From Rhizaria sp. SCN 62-66 (taxonomy: Eukaryota), in assembly GCA_001724265.1 (NCBI GenBank), contig MEDY01000293.1:1-63805 (forward strand): a DNA stretch of 63,805 nucleotides, written 5' to 3'. This document shows positions 52,701-62,500 of the stretch, piece after piece (the stretch's first letter is position 1; each line of letters opens with the position of its first letter). A program made the translations under genes and the position numbers. A model generated the notes under the pieces. That model ran no database searches, was not told where the DNA came from, and saw nothing but the letters and a program-made list of their open reading frames with translations.

Positions 52701-55700
52701 TCGTCGGCATGGCGTCGAGCAGCACGTAGTAGCCCTCGCGCACAGGCTGGCGCGCGTCCTGCGTCATCGCCTCCACCGTCTCCTTGATGAAGGCCAGCGC
52801 GGCGTCGGGGCCCTCGACCAGCAGCATCTGCGCCAGACCCAGCGCGGCGCCGGAGCGCTGCACAGCGTTGGTGCCCGCGGTGGCGAAGACGTTGTTCTCG
52901 CCGGCCGTGGGGATGCGCGCGCCCTCGAGCTGGCTCAGCACGCCCGTCATCTGCGCCTTGAGATCGGCAAAGTCGGCCGTGAGCTTGCCCTGCGCCATGG
53001 CGCCCAGCGCGCGCGCGGTCACTACGCGCGTCTCGGGGTGCGCGTCCATCAGCAGCGTCTTGAGGTAGCGCATCACGAGCGGGGTGTACGGCAGCAGGTC
53101 GTTCGGCGACGACACGACCTGCGCGACGGCGCCCGCAATCTGCACCGCCGTCAGCTTCAGCCGCGCGTCGCGCTCGCGGAGGCCGTGGCGCACGAGCGGC
53201 ATGACGAAAGCCAGCGCGGCCGGGTCCACGTAGTGGCGGAAGGTCGCCGTGAAGAGGCTCTCGAGCGCGACCGCCAGCTGCTCGTGGCTAGGGTCCGTCA
53301 GCGCCGTGATCATCACGGGCGAGATGACGCGGACCTCAGGGTTGCGGATCGCGGAGCCGATGCTGCCCAGCGCGGCCTTGGCGGCGCTCTGCACATCGGC
53401 GTTGGGGTCCGACAGCACGTCAAGCAGGCGCGGGACGAGCATCGGCAGACACGTGCCCAGCTCGCGCGGGGCGAGTCCGGCCATGGCGCCCAGCAGCTCG
53501 ATCGACTCGATCTTGGTGCGCCACGACTTGTCCTTGAGCCCCGTGGTGACCATGGGCAGCACAAGGCGCACACCATAGTTGTTGAGGCTGCCCATGAGCG
53601 CCAGCGTCGCGGCCTTGGCGGCGTCGCGCACGAGCACCTCGTTGGCGCCGTAGAGAGCGAGCAGCTGCGGCAGCAGGCGCGTCACGTGGGGCGTCATGAG
53701 CACGCCCAGCTCGGTGAAGAGCGAGGCCAGCAGACAAAGCGCGCCGTGGCGCTGGTGCGCCTGCTTGGCCGACAGCGCCTCCTGCACCTTGTCCAGCACT
53801 GCGTACCGCGCTAACGCGGGGCCGCGCAAGCCGGAGACGAGCGCGGCAACGCCCATCGCGGCGCCGCGCGCTACGACGGCGTCCTTGTTGGTGAAGACGT
53901 CCTTGAAGAGCCCGTCAAAGAGGGCGTCGACGATGGGCGCCTTGGCGAGCGTCGCCGCGCCGGGTAGGCGCGCCGCGAGGGGCGCGATGCACTTGGCGAC
54001 GGACCGCTGCACGGACCGCGCGGGGGACGCGAGCGCGCCGCGCAGCACCTCGACGGCGTGCACGAGCTCGTTCGAGGCCGTAGGGAAGTAGCGCGCGAGC
54101 GTGCCCAGGAGCACGATGGCGCCCTCACGCGCGCGGTCCTTCATCTCGGCCGCATCCTCGTCCGTGTACGCCGGCTGCGGCGCCGGGACGGAGTTGGGCG
54201 CGGCGGCGCGGGTCGGCGCGCGCGGGGCCGGCAGCGCGGCGATGACTGGGCTCTCGAGCTTGTCCACGGCGGCCTCGAGCAGCGCCATGAACTCCTTCGT
54301 CTTGCCGGCGCCGAGCGCGTGCACGGTGCGCAGCCCGGCCTGGAGGGCCGCATCCCACACGTCGTCGTCAAGGTCGGTGAGCCCGAAGCCGAGCAGCAGC
54401 GCGGCCACGTGCGGCAGGTGTGCGGCCGCCGTGGGCGTGGGCGCGACGGCGGCGAGCACGGCGACGACACCCAGACGCGCGTCGGAGCGCGAGATGAACT
54501 GGGGCTTGTCGCGGATCGTCGCGGCGGGGCGCACGAGGTCGCCGTTGGCAAGCCACGTCTCGCGCAGACTGGCGAAGCAGCCCTCGGCCAGCGCGGGGTA
54601 GTCGCGCAGCAGCGCCGCCACGGCCGCGGCCGCGCACAGGCGCACCGAGCCCGTGGGATGGGCCAGGTAGCTCGTCTGGCCCTTGAGCATCGCGCCGCTG
54701 TTGGGGCCCGTCGCCGTGACGAACCCGGCCAGACGCAGCGCCGCGAAGGCCTGCTTGGCGGCGGCGACGACGCCGGCGTCGGTGTCATGGCACAGCGTCC
54801 ACACGCGAGTCGCCAGGTCAGCCACGCGCGCGTGCAGCGCTGCCGACTCGTCCTCGGGCAGCGTCGTCGACAGCGACTCGTGCGCCAACAGCACCTGCGT
54901 CTTGGCAAGCGCCGACAGACACGCGCGGCGCACGTGCTTGTTGGGTGCAAACACGCCCGCGTCCGAGGTCAGCACGTCGGTGTGCGCGAGCGGCAGCGTC
55001 GTCGCCAGGCGGCACACGGCAGTCGTGAGGTCCTCGCGCGCGTCCGAAAGCGCGTCCGGCACGCGCGCCAGCGCTGTGAGCGCCAGCGACAGCATCGCGG
55101 GGACGGGGAAGCGCAGCGCGACGGAGCGCGCGCCGCCCAGGGGGTTGGCCGAGGCGGCGGCGGGGATGCCGTGGACGGCGAGCACCTTAGCGGCGCCGTG
55201 CACGCCCGCCACGACGGCCTCCTCGAGCGTGCGCACGAACGCAGCCATGGTGTTGTTGACGGGCACGCCCGCGGCGGCGTCCTCGGCCGCGGCCTCGATG
55301 TCCTCGGGCGCGTCGGCCACGACGTCCGTGTCGCCCGCGGCGCCGCCCGCGGCGGCCTCCTTGTCCGAGGTCGTCATGAGCGGGCCGAAGCGCAGCAGCG
55401 CGTCGATGGCGGGCAGCAGGAACGCGAACGTGGGCGCCGACAGCAGGTGCTCACCGGCGCGGTGACTGAGCGCCTCGACCGCGCGCGAGAGCGCCACGAC
55501 GTCGGCGGCGCGCGAGTCGCGGTACGCCACGAGCGCGGCCGCGCCGTGCGTGACGGCGAAGGTGTGGTGCGCGCCCTGCTCCCACGCGCGCTGCGTCGCC
55601 AAGACCACCGTGTCGAGCAGCGCGGCGTCGTGCGACACGTGCAGGTCCAGCGTCGGCGCCAGCGCGGCCAGCGCGCGCTCGGCGGCGTTGCGCAGCAGCG

Positions 55701-58700
55701 TGCAGCGCGCGGTGCCCGCGGCGGCGACGTCGTCGTCGGTGGTCGCCGTGGCACCCGCGCGCGACGGCGGGAGACGGGCGCCGAAGATGAGCTGGTGCAG
55801 CGCGGGCAGCGCAAGCACAAGCAGCTCGTTGTGGGCCGTCAGCGGCGCCAGCCCAGCGATGACCTGCACGGCCGCCAGCGCGGTCGCCGTCGCCTGCACC
55901 ACCGACTCGACTTGGCGGCGGATCGCGGCCTCCTTCTCGCCGCGCGTCGGCGCGCCGCTGCCGCTGGGGCTCGCGGCGCCGCCAGCGTTCTCAGCGGCGG
56001 CGGCCGAGGCGGCGGCGCGGCGGGCCTCCTGTTCCGCCTTGAGCTTGGCGAACCAGATAGCGTCTTCGCGCGACATGCCTTGCGCCTTGGAGCGGACGTT
56101 CTTGTCCTCGGCCACGCGCGGCGCGTCCGACTCAGCGGGGTCGGCCATCTCGCACTGCTTCCATGCGGGCGTGCGGTACACGGCGACCTGATACTCGGTC
56201 AGATCCAGAACTGCCGGGTTCGCCAGCTCCGCCACCAGGCGCGGCGCCAGCGCGGCCGTGAACACGGCGGGTGCCTGCGAGGCCACGGTGGCCAGCGCGA
56301 GCAGCGCGGCGCGGCGGCGGCCCACGAGCGGGGAGAAGAACCACGCGTGCGGCGCGGGGGCCGCGAACAGCACCGTTGTCAGCAGGTCCGCGGCGGCGGG
56401 CGCGGCGGCCAGCAGCGCCGACAGCGCGACGGGCGCGGGCGCGCAGAGCGCGGGCACGCCCTGCTCGGCAGCGGCAGCGGCCGCGGCGCCGAAGCGGTTG
56501 ACGACGTGCTTGACCGTGGCCGTGGCGTCGGCCGCGGTGGTGGCGAGCAGCGGGTGGCCGGCGATGGTCAGCGCCAGCACCAGCGTCGCGGGATCGCTGC
56601 CGACCGCGAAAGCCGTTAGCACGGGTCCCCAGACGCCGGCGAAGCGGCCCGGCGCGGGCGCGTCTGTGAGCGGGTTCTTGGCCGGCTTGGCGGCGTTGTG
56701 AGGGAAATACTTGCGGATGGTGAGGTTGCTGCCCTGGCCGTCCCAGTTGGTGACGTAGATGGGCGTGATGTCGTCAGCGCCGTCCTCGCCCGCGGCCACG
56801 ACGCTCGTAGCCTGCTGAGCTAGGGCGCCGCCCTGCTCCGCCGCCTCCAGCTCCGCCGCGAAGGCCGCCAGAGCGAAGGGCGCGGCGGCGGCGAGCGCGG
56901 GCGTCGCCAGCAGCGGGTCAACCACGGCGGCGGCGCGCGCGCGCACGGCGCGGCACGGGTGCGTGCGAAGCCGCACGAGCGAGCGGAAGAAGCCCGCCAG
57001 CACGGGCTCCTCACCCGCCGCTACGGCGGTGCGCGTCTTGTCGCTCGCGCGCGCCAGCAGCGCCGCGTGCGAGCGCAGCACGGCGCGGACCAGTGCGAGG
57101 TGGAAGCTCAGCTCGTCCTCGGTCATGCCCGCAGTCACCTTGCTCACCGTGTGCGCGGCCGCGCCCTCAGCGGCGGCGGCGGTGGCGTCGTCGTCCTCGT
57201 CGTCAGCATCCGCGGCGGGCACCGGCACGGCGTTGGCAAAGGAGCTGATGCTAGCGAGCGCGGCGACCACAGACGCAGGCAGGCCCTCGTCCTTGTTCAC
57301 CTTGTGCTCAGCCGCCGCCTTAGCGTCGGCCTTGCCGTCGGCTTTGTGGTGGTGAGGGCGCGCGACCGAGGTGCGGACCATAGCCAGCACGGCGGCCGCG
57401 GCGAGCCCGGTGGCGCGGAGCACCGCGGGGCGCAGCGCGGCCGTGGCGACGACCGCGGCGAGCTTGTCTGCCACCGCGGGCGCAGACACAGCGGCGGCCA
57501 GCGCGGCCGTGGCCTCGGGCGCGGCGCCGGCGAGCGTGAGCGCGACGGCGCGCAGCGCGGGCATCGCGGTGTACGTGGGCGTGCAGGCCGGGTCGGCCGC
57601 AGCGAGGTCGGCCGTCAGCAGCGCGACGGTGGCGGCGGGCACGGCCACCGAGGCGGGCAGCGGCGCCAGCAGCGCGGCGAGCGCGTTGCAGGCGAGTTCG
57701 CGACCGGGCGAGCCCAGCGCCTCCTTGGCGGCGTACTCGCAGACGGCGCCCGCGGCCAGCTCGGTCGACTCGGCGCACGCGCGCGCGGAGGCCAGCGACG
57801 CGATGGCCGTCACCAGCGAGCCCTTCATGTCGGCCGTCGTCGCCGCGGGCGCGCCGTTACGGCCCAGCAGGTAGTTGGCCATCGCCTGCACGGCCTGAAC
57901 GCGCGCCGCGGGCGCAGACAGGTGCGCGGCGAGCGCGCGGCAGGCGCCGTGGCCCAGCGCGCGGCGCGCGGTGTCGGCGCCGCGGACCTCAGAGACGATA
58001 GGCGGCAGGAGCTCGCCCAGCTGCGGTGCGAGCGTGTCCGCGGGGCAGTGGCGCAGCAGTGCGCCCAGGAGTGCGAAGGCCACGGGCGGTGAGCGACGGC
58101 ACGTGCGCAGCAGCGCGGGCAGCAGGTCCGAACCCTCGGGCGCGGCGGCTAGGTCCGCAGCCGTGCAGACCGAAAAGACGGGTGCCAGCGCGGCGAGCAC
58201 GGCCGCGGGCGCGGGGTCGCGCGCGGCGAGCTGGTCCACGGCGAACTGCAGCGCGACCGACTTGCCCGCGGCCGCGGCGGCGGGGCCCGCGGCGGCGAGC
58301 GCCTCGCCGAACACGCGCAGCGCGGGCGCGGCCGCAGCGGGGGTCTTGGCGGCGGCGACGTGCTTCTTGACGAGCGCGCCGAGGTCGGCGGCGAGCGCGG
58401 GCACGGCCGAGAGCGCGCGGGCCAGCGCGCGGGGCGCGAGGGCCACAGCGCCCTTGGACGCAGATGCGGCGGCGGGCGCGGCGGCGAAGGCGAGGACGAG
58501 TGCGAAGAGCGCGCCCGCGACGGCGGCAATGGCGGGCGCGGCGGCCGGGGTGGTGAAGACGTTCTTGGTGGAGGCGGCGGCTGCGGCGGCGACGCCCGCG
58601 AGGACGTCGGAGCCCCAGGAGAGCTGCGCGAGCAGGAGCGAGAAGTCGCGCACGCGCTTGGCGGAGTCGGTGGTGCGCGCGGCCCACTCGGTGAGGAAGG

Positions 58701-59013
58701 GCGCGGCGAAGGCCTCTCCGTGCTCCTTGGCCATGCCAGCGAGCGCGGCGGCGAGCGCGCGGCGCGAGGCGTTGTCGGTCCACTTGCTGCCCGCGGCGAA
58801 GACAACGTCGACAAGCACGGTGAAGAAGTCGCCAGATTCGCTCGTGGCGAGCGCCTCGCGCACCGACGCCTCGATGTGCGAGATGGCGGTGCGGCGGCCC
58901 TGACCTGCCGTAGCGTGGATGGCGCCATGCACGGAGAGACCCGCGCTGGAGGCGCCCGCCTCGACAGAGGGGGTGGTTGCAGAAGAATTCTGCTTAGGAG
59001 AGGCTGAATCCAT
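49726..59013 (-). CDS. GCN1: GCN1 translational activator (HEAT repeats), ~3095 aa
   Basis: REGAIVLLGTLARY, SVQRSVAKCIAPL, YGVRLVLP..LKDKSWRTKIESIELLGAMAGLAPRELGTCLPMLVPRLLDVLSDP, IRNPEV, F.HYVDPAALAFVMP, QRSGAALGLAQ and IKLTGPLIRSFGDR. TAA stop. Confidence 0.93.
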   Translation of the reverse strand: MDSASPKQNSSATTPSVEAGASSAGLSVHGAIHATAGQGRRTAISHIEASVREALATSESGDFFTVLVDVVFAAGSKWTDNASRRALAAALAGMAKEHGEAFAAPFLTEWAARTTDSAKRVRDFSLLLAQLSWGSDVLAGVAAAAAASTKNVFTTPAAAPAIAAVAGALFALVLAFAAAPAAASASKGAVALAPRALARALSAVPALAADLGALVKKHVAAAKTPAAAAPALRVFGEALAAAGPAAAAAGKSVALQFAVDQLAARDPAPAAVLAALAPVFSVCTAADLAAAPEGSDLLPALLRTCRRSPPVAFALLGALLRHCPADTLAPQLGELLPPIVSEVRGADTARRALGHGACRALAAHLSAPAARVQAVQAMANYLLGRNGAPAATTADMKGSLVTAIASLASARACAESTELAAGAVCEYAAKEALGSPGRELACNALAALLAPLPASVAVPAATVALLTADLAAADPACTPTYTAMPALRAVALTLAGAAPEATAALAAAVSAPAVADKLAAVVATAALRPAVLRATGLAAAAVLAMVRTSVARPHHHKADGKADAKAAAEHKVNKDEGLPASVVAALASISSFANAVPVPAADADDEDDDATAAAAEGAAAHTVSKVTAGMTEDELSFHLALVRAVLRSHAALLARASDKTRTAVAAGEEPVLAGFFRSLVRLRTHPCRAVRARAAAVVDPLLATPALAAAAPFALAAFAAELEAAEQGGALAQQATSVVAAGEDGADDITPIYVTNWDGQGSNLTIRKYFPHNAAKPAKNPLTDAPAPGRFAGVWGPVLTAFAVGSDPATLVLALTIAGHPLLATTAADATATVKHVVNRFGAAAAAAAEQGVPALCAPAPVALSALLAAAPAAADLLTTVLFAAPAPHAWFFSPLVGRRRAALLALATVASQAPAVFTAALAPRLVAELANPAVLDLTEYQVAVYRTPAWKQCEMADPAESDAPRVAEDKNVRSKAQGMSREDAIWFAKLKAEQEARRAAASAAAAENAGGAASPSGSGAPTRGEKEAAIRRQVESVVQATATALAAVQVIAGLAPLTAHNELLVLALPALHQLIFGARLPPSRAGATATTDDDVAAAGTARCTLLRNAAERALAALAPTLDLHVSHDAALLDTVVLATQRAWEQGAHHTFAVTHGAAALVAYRDSRAADVVALSRAVEALSHRAGEHLLSAPTFAFLLPAIDALLRFGPLMTTSDKEAAAGGAAGDTDVVADAPEDIEAAAEDAAAGVPVNNTMAAFVRTLEEAVVAGVHGAAKVLAVHGIPAAASANPLGGARSVALRFPVPAMLSLALTALARVPDALSDAREDLTTAVCRLATTLPLAHTDVLTSDAGVFAPNKHVRRACLSALAKTQVLLAHESLSTTLPEDESAALHARVADLATRVWTLCHDTDAGVVAAAKQAFAALRLAGFVTATGPNSGAMLKGQTSYLAHPTGSVRLCAAAAVAALLRDYPALAEGCFASLRETWLANGDLVRPAATIRDKPQFISRSDARLGVVAVLAAVAPTPTAAAHLPHVAALLLGFGLTDLDDDVWDAALQAGLRTVHALGAGKTKEFMALLEAAVDKLESPVIAALPAPRAPTRAAAPNSVPAPQPAYTDEDAAEMKDRAREGAIVLLGTLARYFPTASNELVHAVEVLRGALASPARSVQRSVAKCIAPLAARLPGAATLAKAPIVDALFDGLFKDVFTNKDAVVARGAAMGVAALVSGLRGPALARYAVLDKVQEALSAKQAHQRHGALCLLASLFTELGVLMTPHVTRLLPQLLALYGANEVLVRDAAKAATLALMGSLNNYGVRLVLPMVTTGLKDKSWRTKIESIELLGAMAGLAPRELGTCLPMLVPRLLDVLSDPNADVQSAAKAALGSIGSAIRNPEVRVISPVMITALTDPSHEQLAVALESLFTATFRHYVDPAALAFVMPLVRHGLRERDARLKLTAVQIAGAVAQVVSSPNDLLPYTPLVMRYLKTLLMDAHPETRVVTARALGAMAQGKLTADFADLKAQMTGVLSQLEGARIPTAGENNVFATAGTNAVQRSGAALGLAQMLLVEGPDAALAFIKETVEAMTQDARQPVREGYYVLLDAMPTTLQLSFAPLIADAFPMMLRGLSDASIVCREAALRAGMTTVIQFARTHTLTLLPPLVEALIDPDSRTRFGAVQLTGSLLLRLAGLSGKLVVAEQDEDPNAVANAVVNRELSSITTPAQERLIEEVVGAQMRNDIYTSLYLMQSDVVDLVSRIAGRVWKVVTVSTTRTLEAILPAVMDCILADITSQSRERQGTAENALMGLVSQMGDRVLRTIVPILLENLLSPDASPRHGVMVGIGAILRAGRKLDLVNYMQDFIAAVRTGLGDESGAVRAAAGGAFANIHHTIGDRVVHETVPALLEQIAVRHAKWAKDTAEMRADGKDEEYIAEERDRAEDTLSGLQAVLKCASSERRVCEIVIPHFVQPPVTTFHARCLAAVAQALGAGFGRYVDTVVQSMLVAMTALYAAGSSDDDDDEEEADEDAEVDAEAVAARAARREAEAKMLENVETLIAPLEDEAPAVLDMLLKQLVVLDGPVGPEQIAAIKMLQAFFCRTRMPMGPVLQSVWCGLLPLLLDDSPRVLAATADCVGALTTNVPRDTLIRSIAYIRTSLNTLTGRNKDQVREINEVAGFGARGAFSHFMGFFQHGLVAGSTAVRSQAAAAMAELVELSPAEAVKSHAIKLTGPLIRSFGDRHDADVRVSILQTLTHLVAKVGPTIKAFQAQLLATFLKALQDDSRTMRGLAAGALATLQLDARRVDGLVGDLLTIVDSAADAGVAASVVKAVYNVLQNRALLEHVAPETIARVVRTVPTLVQSDNDAMRADGALLAGVAIALGTPEDGKAAVAALLDLAGVGAATRPAWNIRQGVAMALSAVLISATDRFKELVGYKPAVRFLSVGFRDENVLACTAAIRFAGRLLLFCNDQGDSQLVGLLLTELLNLCAHATRVPEAVATQALSQIRVFAEQDAGAVAEFNTIVVPGCVRARTGAVKAVRKEADLIMYHCLGFADDAKDGMDAAEEFAKEHMEPSVVADFIALCKRSVAKAGKKGEKDEDD

Positions 59014-59018
59014 CTCCA

Positions 59019-59191
59019 CTGCAGGGCACAAAACGTCGTCAAAAGAGGTATCGAGGTGAGATAGGGCAGGGAAAGCAAGGGGCAAAGGAGTGGCGCAGTC
59101 CGATGATGAGAGAATGTGGTGAGTGGATTGCGGCGAGAAATCCGTCTGTAAATCCGCAACAAGGACACTAATGACGAATTATACTGCTTAC
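59019..59191 (-). other. Probable 5'-UTR intron of GCN1 (173 nt)
   Basis: GTAAGC donor at 59191, and acceptor GCCCTGCAG 5 nt before the ATG at 59013. Confidence 0.5.
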
Positions 59192-59510
59192 ATGCGTATT
59201 TTTAATATCAGTAATACAACTCCTGCCTGCAGCGAATGTCGCGTCAGGGTGCTATACTGCTTCGCAAAGAGATCTGCGGTATCGCTCTGCTAGCTTGCCC
59301 GGCAGCCCGAGTTTCGGCCGCAAATGACCGTGGGCTCGGTCAGCAATGCGACCACACACCAGTTGCGAAGTGACTATCAGACTGACTTCTGAGTTGAAGT
59401 TGGGGTGTTATCTAAAATGAACAGTGTATTGTAAAAGGGGAATTAATAAGTGTTTTTGTTATACTAGTTTACTCTTCACAGCAAGCATGTGTCAAGTCAA
59501 ATTGTCTGAT

Positions 59511-62500
59511 TTAGAAGCGCGTGCCCTGAATTGGGGGCAGTACATCAGGCACCTGGCCCGTCTGCGCAGCCTGCTGCTGTTGCTGCTGCATTTGCTGCTG
59601 CGCCTCCTCAGCCAGTCGCTTCTGCGCCATGTACGTCTTCTGCAGCCGCACGAGCTTGGCGGCCTCGCCGACCGACAGCGCACCGAGCGGCGCGCCGGGC
59701 GCCTCAGCCACAGGCGTCGCACTCGTCAGCGTCACCGCGCCGCGCGCGCCGACCAGGTGGCCCGGGCGCGCCGAGGAGCGCGCCGCCGCCTCGGCCGCCA
59801 CGGCGCGCGGGTTCGAGCGCAGCGGCGGCGGCGGATACACGAAGCTCTGGCCGCGCGGCAGGTGCACTGTAGGCGCGAGCGCGTACTTGCGCATCACGTC
59901 GTCACGCCGCGCCTGCCGCGCCGCCGCCGCCACGGCCGCTGCGGGCGCGGGCAGCCGGCCCTCGTACTGCGACACGGGGATCCAGTCCGCGGGGGGCGCG
60001 TCGCCTGCCGCGGCATCATCCTCGTCGCTGCTGTCACCGCTATTGGTGCTATTGTTGGCAGCTGTTGCGGAGTGCTTGCCAGTCTGCAGCAGCAGCGTCT
60101 TGCGCTCGGTCGTCGATAGCGCGGCGCCCGCGGCGTCCGAGGCGTGGCGCAGCAGCGGGGCGCCGGTCGCGCGGTCCACGCCGCCGGCGGCGAGCGAGGG
60201 CGTCATCAGCCGGTGCGCGCCCGAGTCGCGCAGCGCCTGCGCTTGCGCGAGCAGCGCCGACGTGCGGTGCAGCGCGACGGCCGCGGCGGGCGCGGGCGGG
60301 GCCAGCCCGGCGGCCTCGGCCTCCGCGGCGGCCTGCGCCTCGGCCTCGGCGTCGGTGGCGCTAGGCTGGTCGGGATCGAGCCCGTCGGCCACCACGGACT
60401 CGGGCTCGGGCAGTCGGAACGCGCGCGCAAGGCGCTTGAGCTCGCGCTGCAGCACCTTGAGCCCGTCGGCGAGGCGCTCGTCCGAACATTGCTGCAACCA
60501 GAGCCCGTCGGCGAGCGCGAAGCCGTCGCCGGCGTCGGCGTCAGCGTTAGCGTAGCCCAGCGCTGCGAGCAGGCGTGCGACCGTGGCGGGCAATAGCGGG
60601 TGGGGGTCCACGGCGGGTGCCCACGTGTCGTCGCGGAGGTCGATCGCGCGCAGGGCCGGGTCGAAGGGCGAAGAGAAGACGCGCGCGATGAGCGTCGCGG
60701 CCGCGCTCAGCCCAGCCAGCAGCGCGCGCGCGACGCCCACGGGCACGGGCGTGCCCGCCGCGCCGCCGCTCGCGCGCAACAGGAAGTCGTCCATGGCGCA
60801 CTGCAGCGCAAAGAGCGTCGAGCTGGCCGTCTGCGGCGCGAAGTACCCCGCCGCGCCGCTGCCCGTGAAGGCGCCCGCGCGGGGGTGTACAAACGTGTCA
60901 CGGATGTGGCGGCCGACGCCGCCGTGGTCGGCCCAGCCCGCGCCCGCGCCGGCGCCCGTTGAGGCAGAGGCCGCGAGCGTGCGCATCGACTCGGATGACG
61001 CCAGCGCCGCCGCCTGCGCAGCGCGCTGCGCGCCGGCCTGCGCCTGCGTCTGCGCGATGACCGCGTTGGCGACGTCACCGATGGCCATGTCCGTCTGTGC
61101 GGCCGCGGCGCCGCGCTCGCCCAGCGACAGCGCGGCGAGGCGCGCGCCCGCGGAGGCTACGGCGGCCTCGAGCCCGCCCTCGGCGTCGTCCTCGTCCAGA
61201 TGCTCCAGCATGCCAGGCGTCGCCACCGAGCTGAGCCCTGCGCGCAGGGCCAGCCCGAGGCTTGAGGCGGCGTCGGAGCGCGCGGCGCGCGTGTGAACGA
61301 GCGCGAGCGTCGAGTCGCCGCCGCGGTGCGCAGTGGCAACCGTGGTGAGGTAGTGGTTGAGGCGCTGCCACGCCGCGAGCACGGCCGTGGGCGTCAGCGC
61401 GGGCTGCTCCACGAACTGCCGCAGCACGAACCGCGCTGCCGCCGCGGCGCCGGGCACCGAGGCCAGCGCAGACAGCGCGGAGGAGCGGTCAGCGGCGATC
61501 GCGCACGACAAAAGGCCCAGGCCGGGTCCGCTGCGCGCGCCGCCGTTGGTCACCGCAGCTGCCACAGCGGCCGAGCGCTTGCCGCCCGCGGCGGGCGCGA
61601 CGCTGACGGTGCTGCAGTAGATGCTGCCCGCGTCGCCGACCTGCGTGCCGCCCGCAGTGAGCACGGCGCCGGGGCCCGCGGCCGCGGTCAGCGCGACGAT
61701 CGACTTGGCCGTGCCATGGCCGCCGATCCCGCTGCCAGCGCCAGCGTTGGCGCGCGTGGCCGAGGGCAGCTGCGGGACGCGGTGGTAGCTCTTGGGGATT
61801 GCGACGGGCGTGAGGAAGCGGTGTGACACGCAGCCCGTGTCGACGAAGGCGTCAGCGCCCGCGCCGGCGCCGACGTCGTCCGCGGCCAGAGGCGCCACGA
61901 CCACGGGCTCGGGCGGCGCGAAGGCCGTGACGCCGTCGAGCAGCGCGCGCGCGAAGAACTGGCGCACATGTGACTGCCAAGGCGCGCAGAGCTCGGCGCC
62001 GGAGCCGTCGCGCGAGACCACGAACAGCCGGGGCTCGGCCGCGGCGGCCGTGCACGAGGGGTAGAAGCGCGCCGGGATGCCGCCGGAGACCGTGAGCGCG
62101 GTGTTGCTGGCGCCGGGGCCAGAGCTGCCGTCGCCCCCGTAGGCCGGCGCGCGGTGGCGGTCGCGCGGGAGCAGCGACACGGCGCCGAAGCGGAGCCCGT
62201 CGGGGTCGTCCTCTTCGGCGTCGGCCGCGGCGCCGATCGACAGGCTCGACAGAGAGCCCACGCCGACGCCCGCGCCGGAGCCCGAGGCGCCGGCGCCGGC
62301 CGCGGCGGCCGCGCGGGGGCGGTCCGCGGCGGCGCGCAGAGAGGCGGCGAGCTGGAAGTTGCCGGCCAGCTCAGCGGCCGTGATCTGCCGCTGCAGCTCC
62401 TGCGCGCGCGCCGTGGCGGCCGCGGTCATCGCAGCGGTCGGCGCGGGGCCCGCCGCACCGCCAGCGGCAGCGGCGGCGTCACCGCCCACGACACCAGCGG

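Noticed and set aside
5336-59013. Functional clustering of translation/ribosome genes (CCT7, DNAJC2, RPP21, URB2, GCN1) or lipid genes (LPAAT, HACD, PAP2)
   Set aside because: The strands are mixed and unrelated genes are interspersed. These are large functional categories, so chance co-occurrence is likely without synteny evidence.
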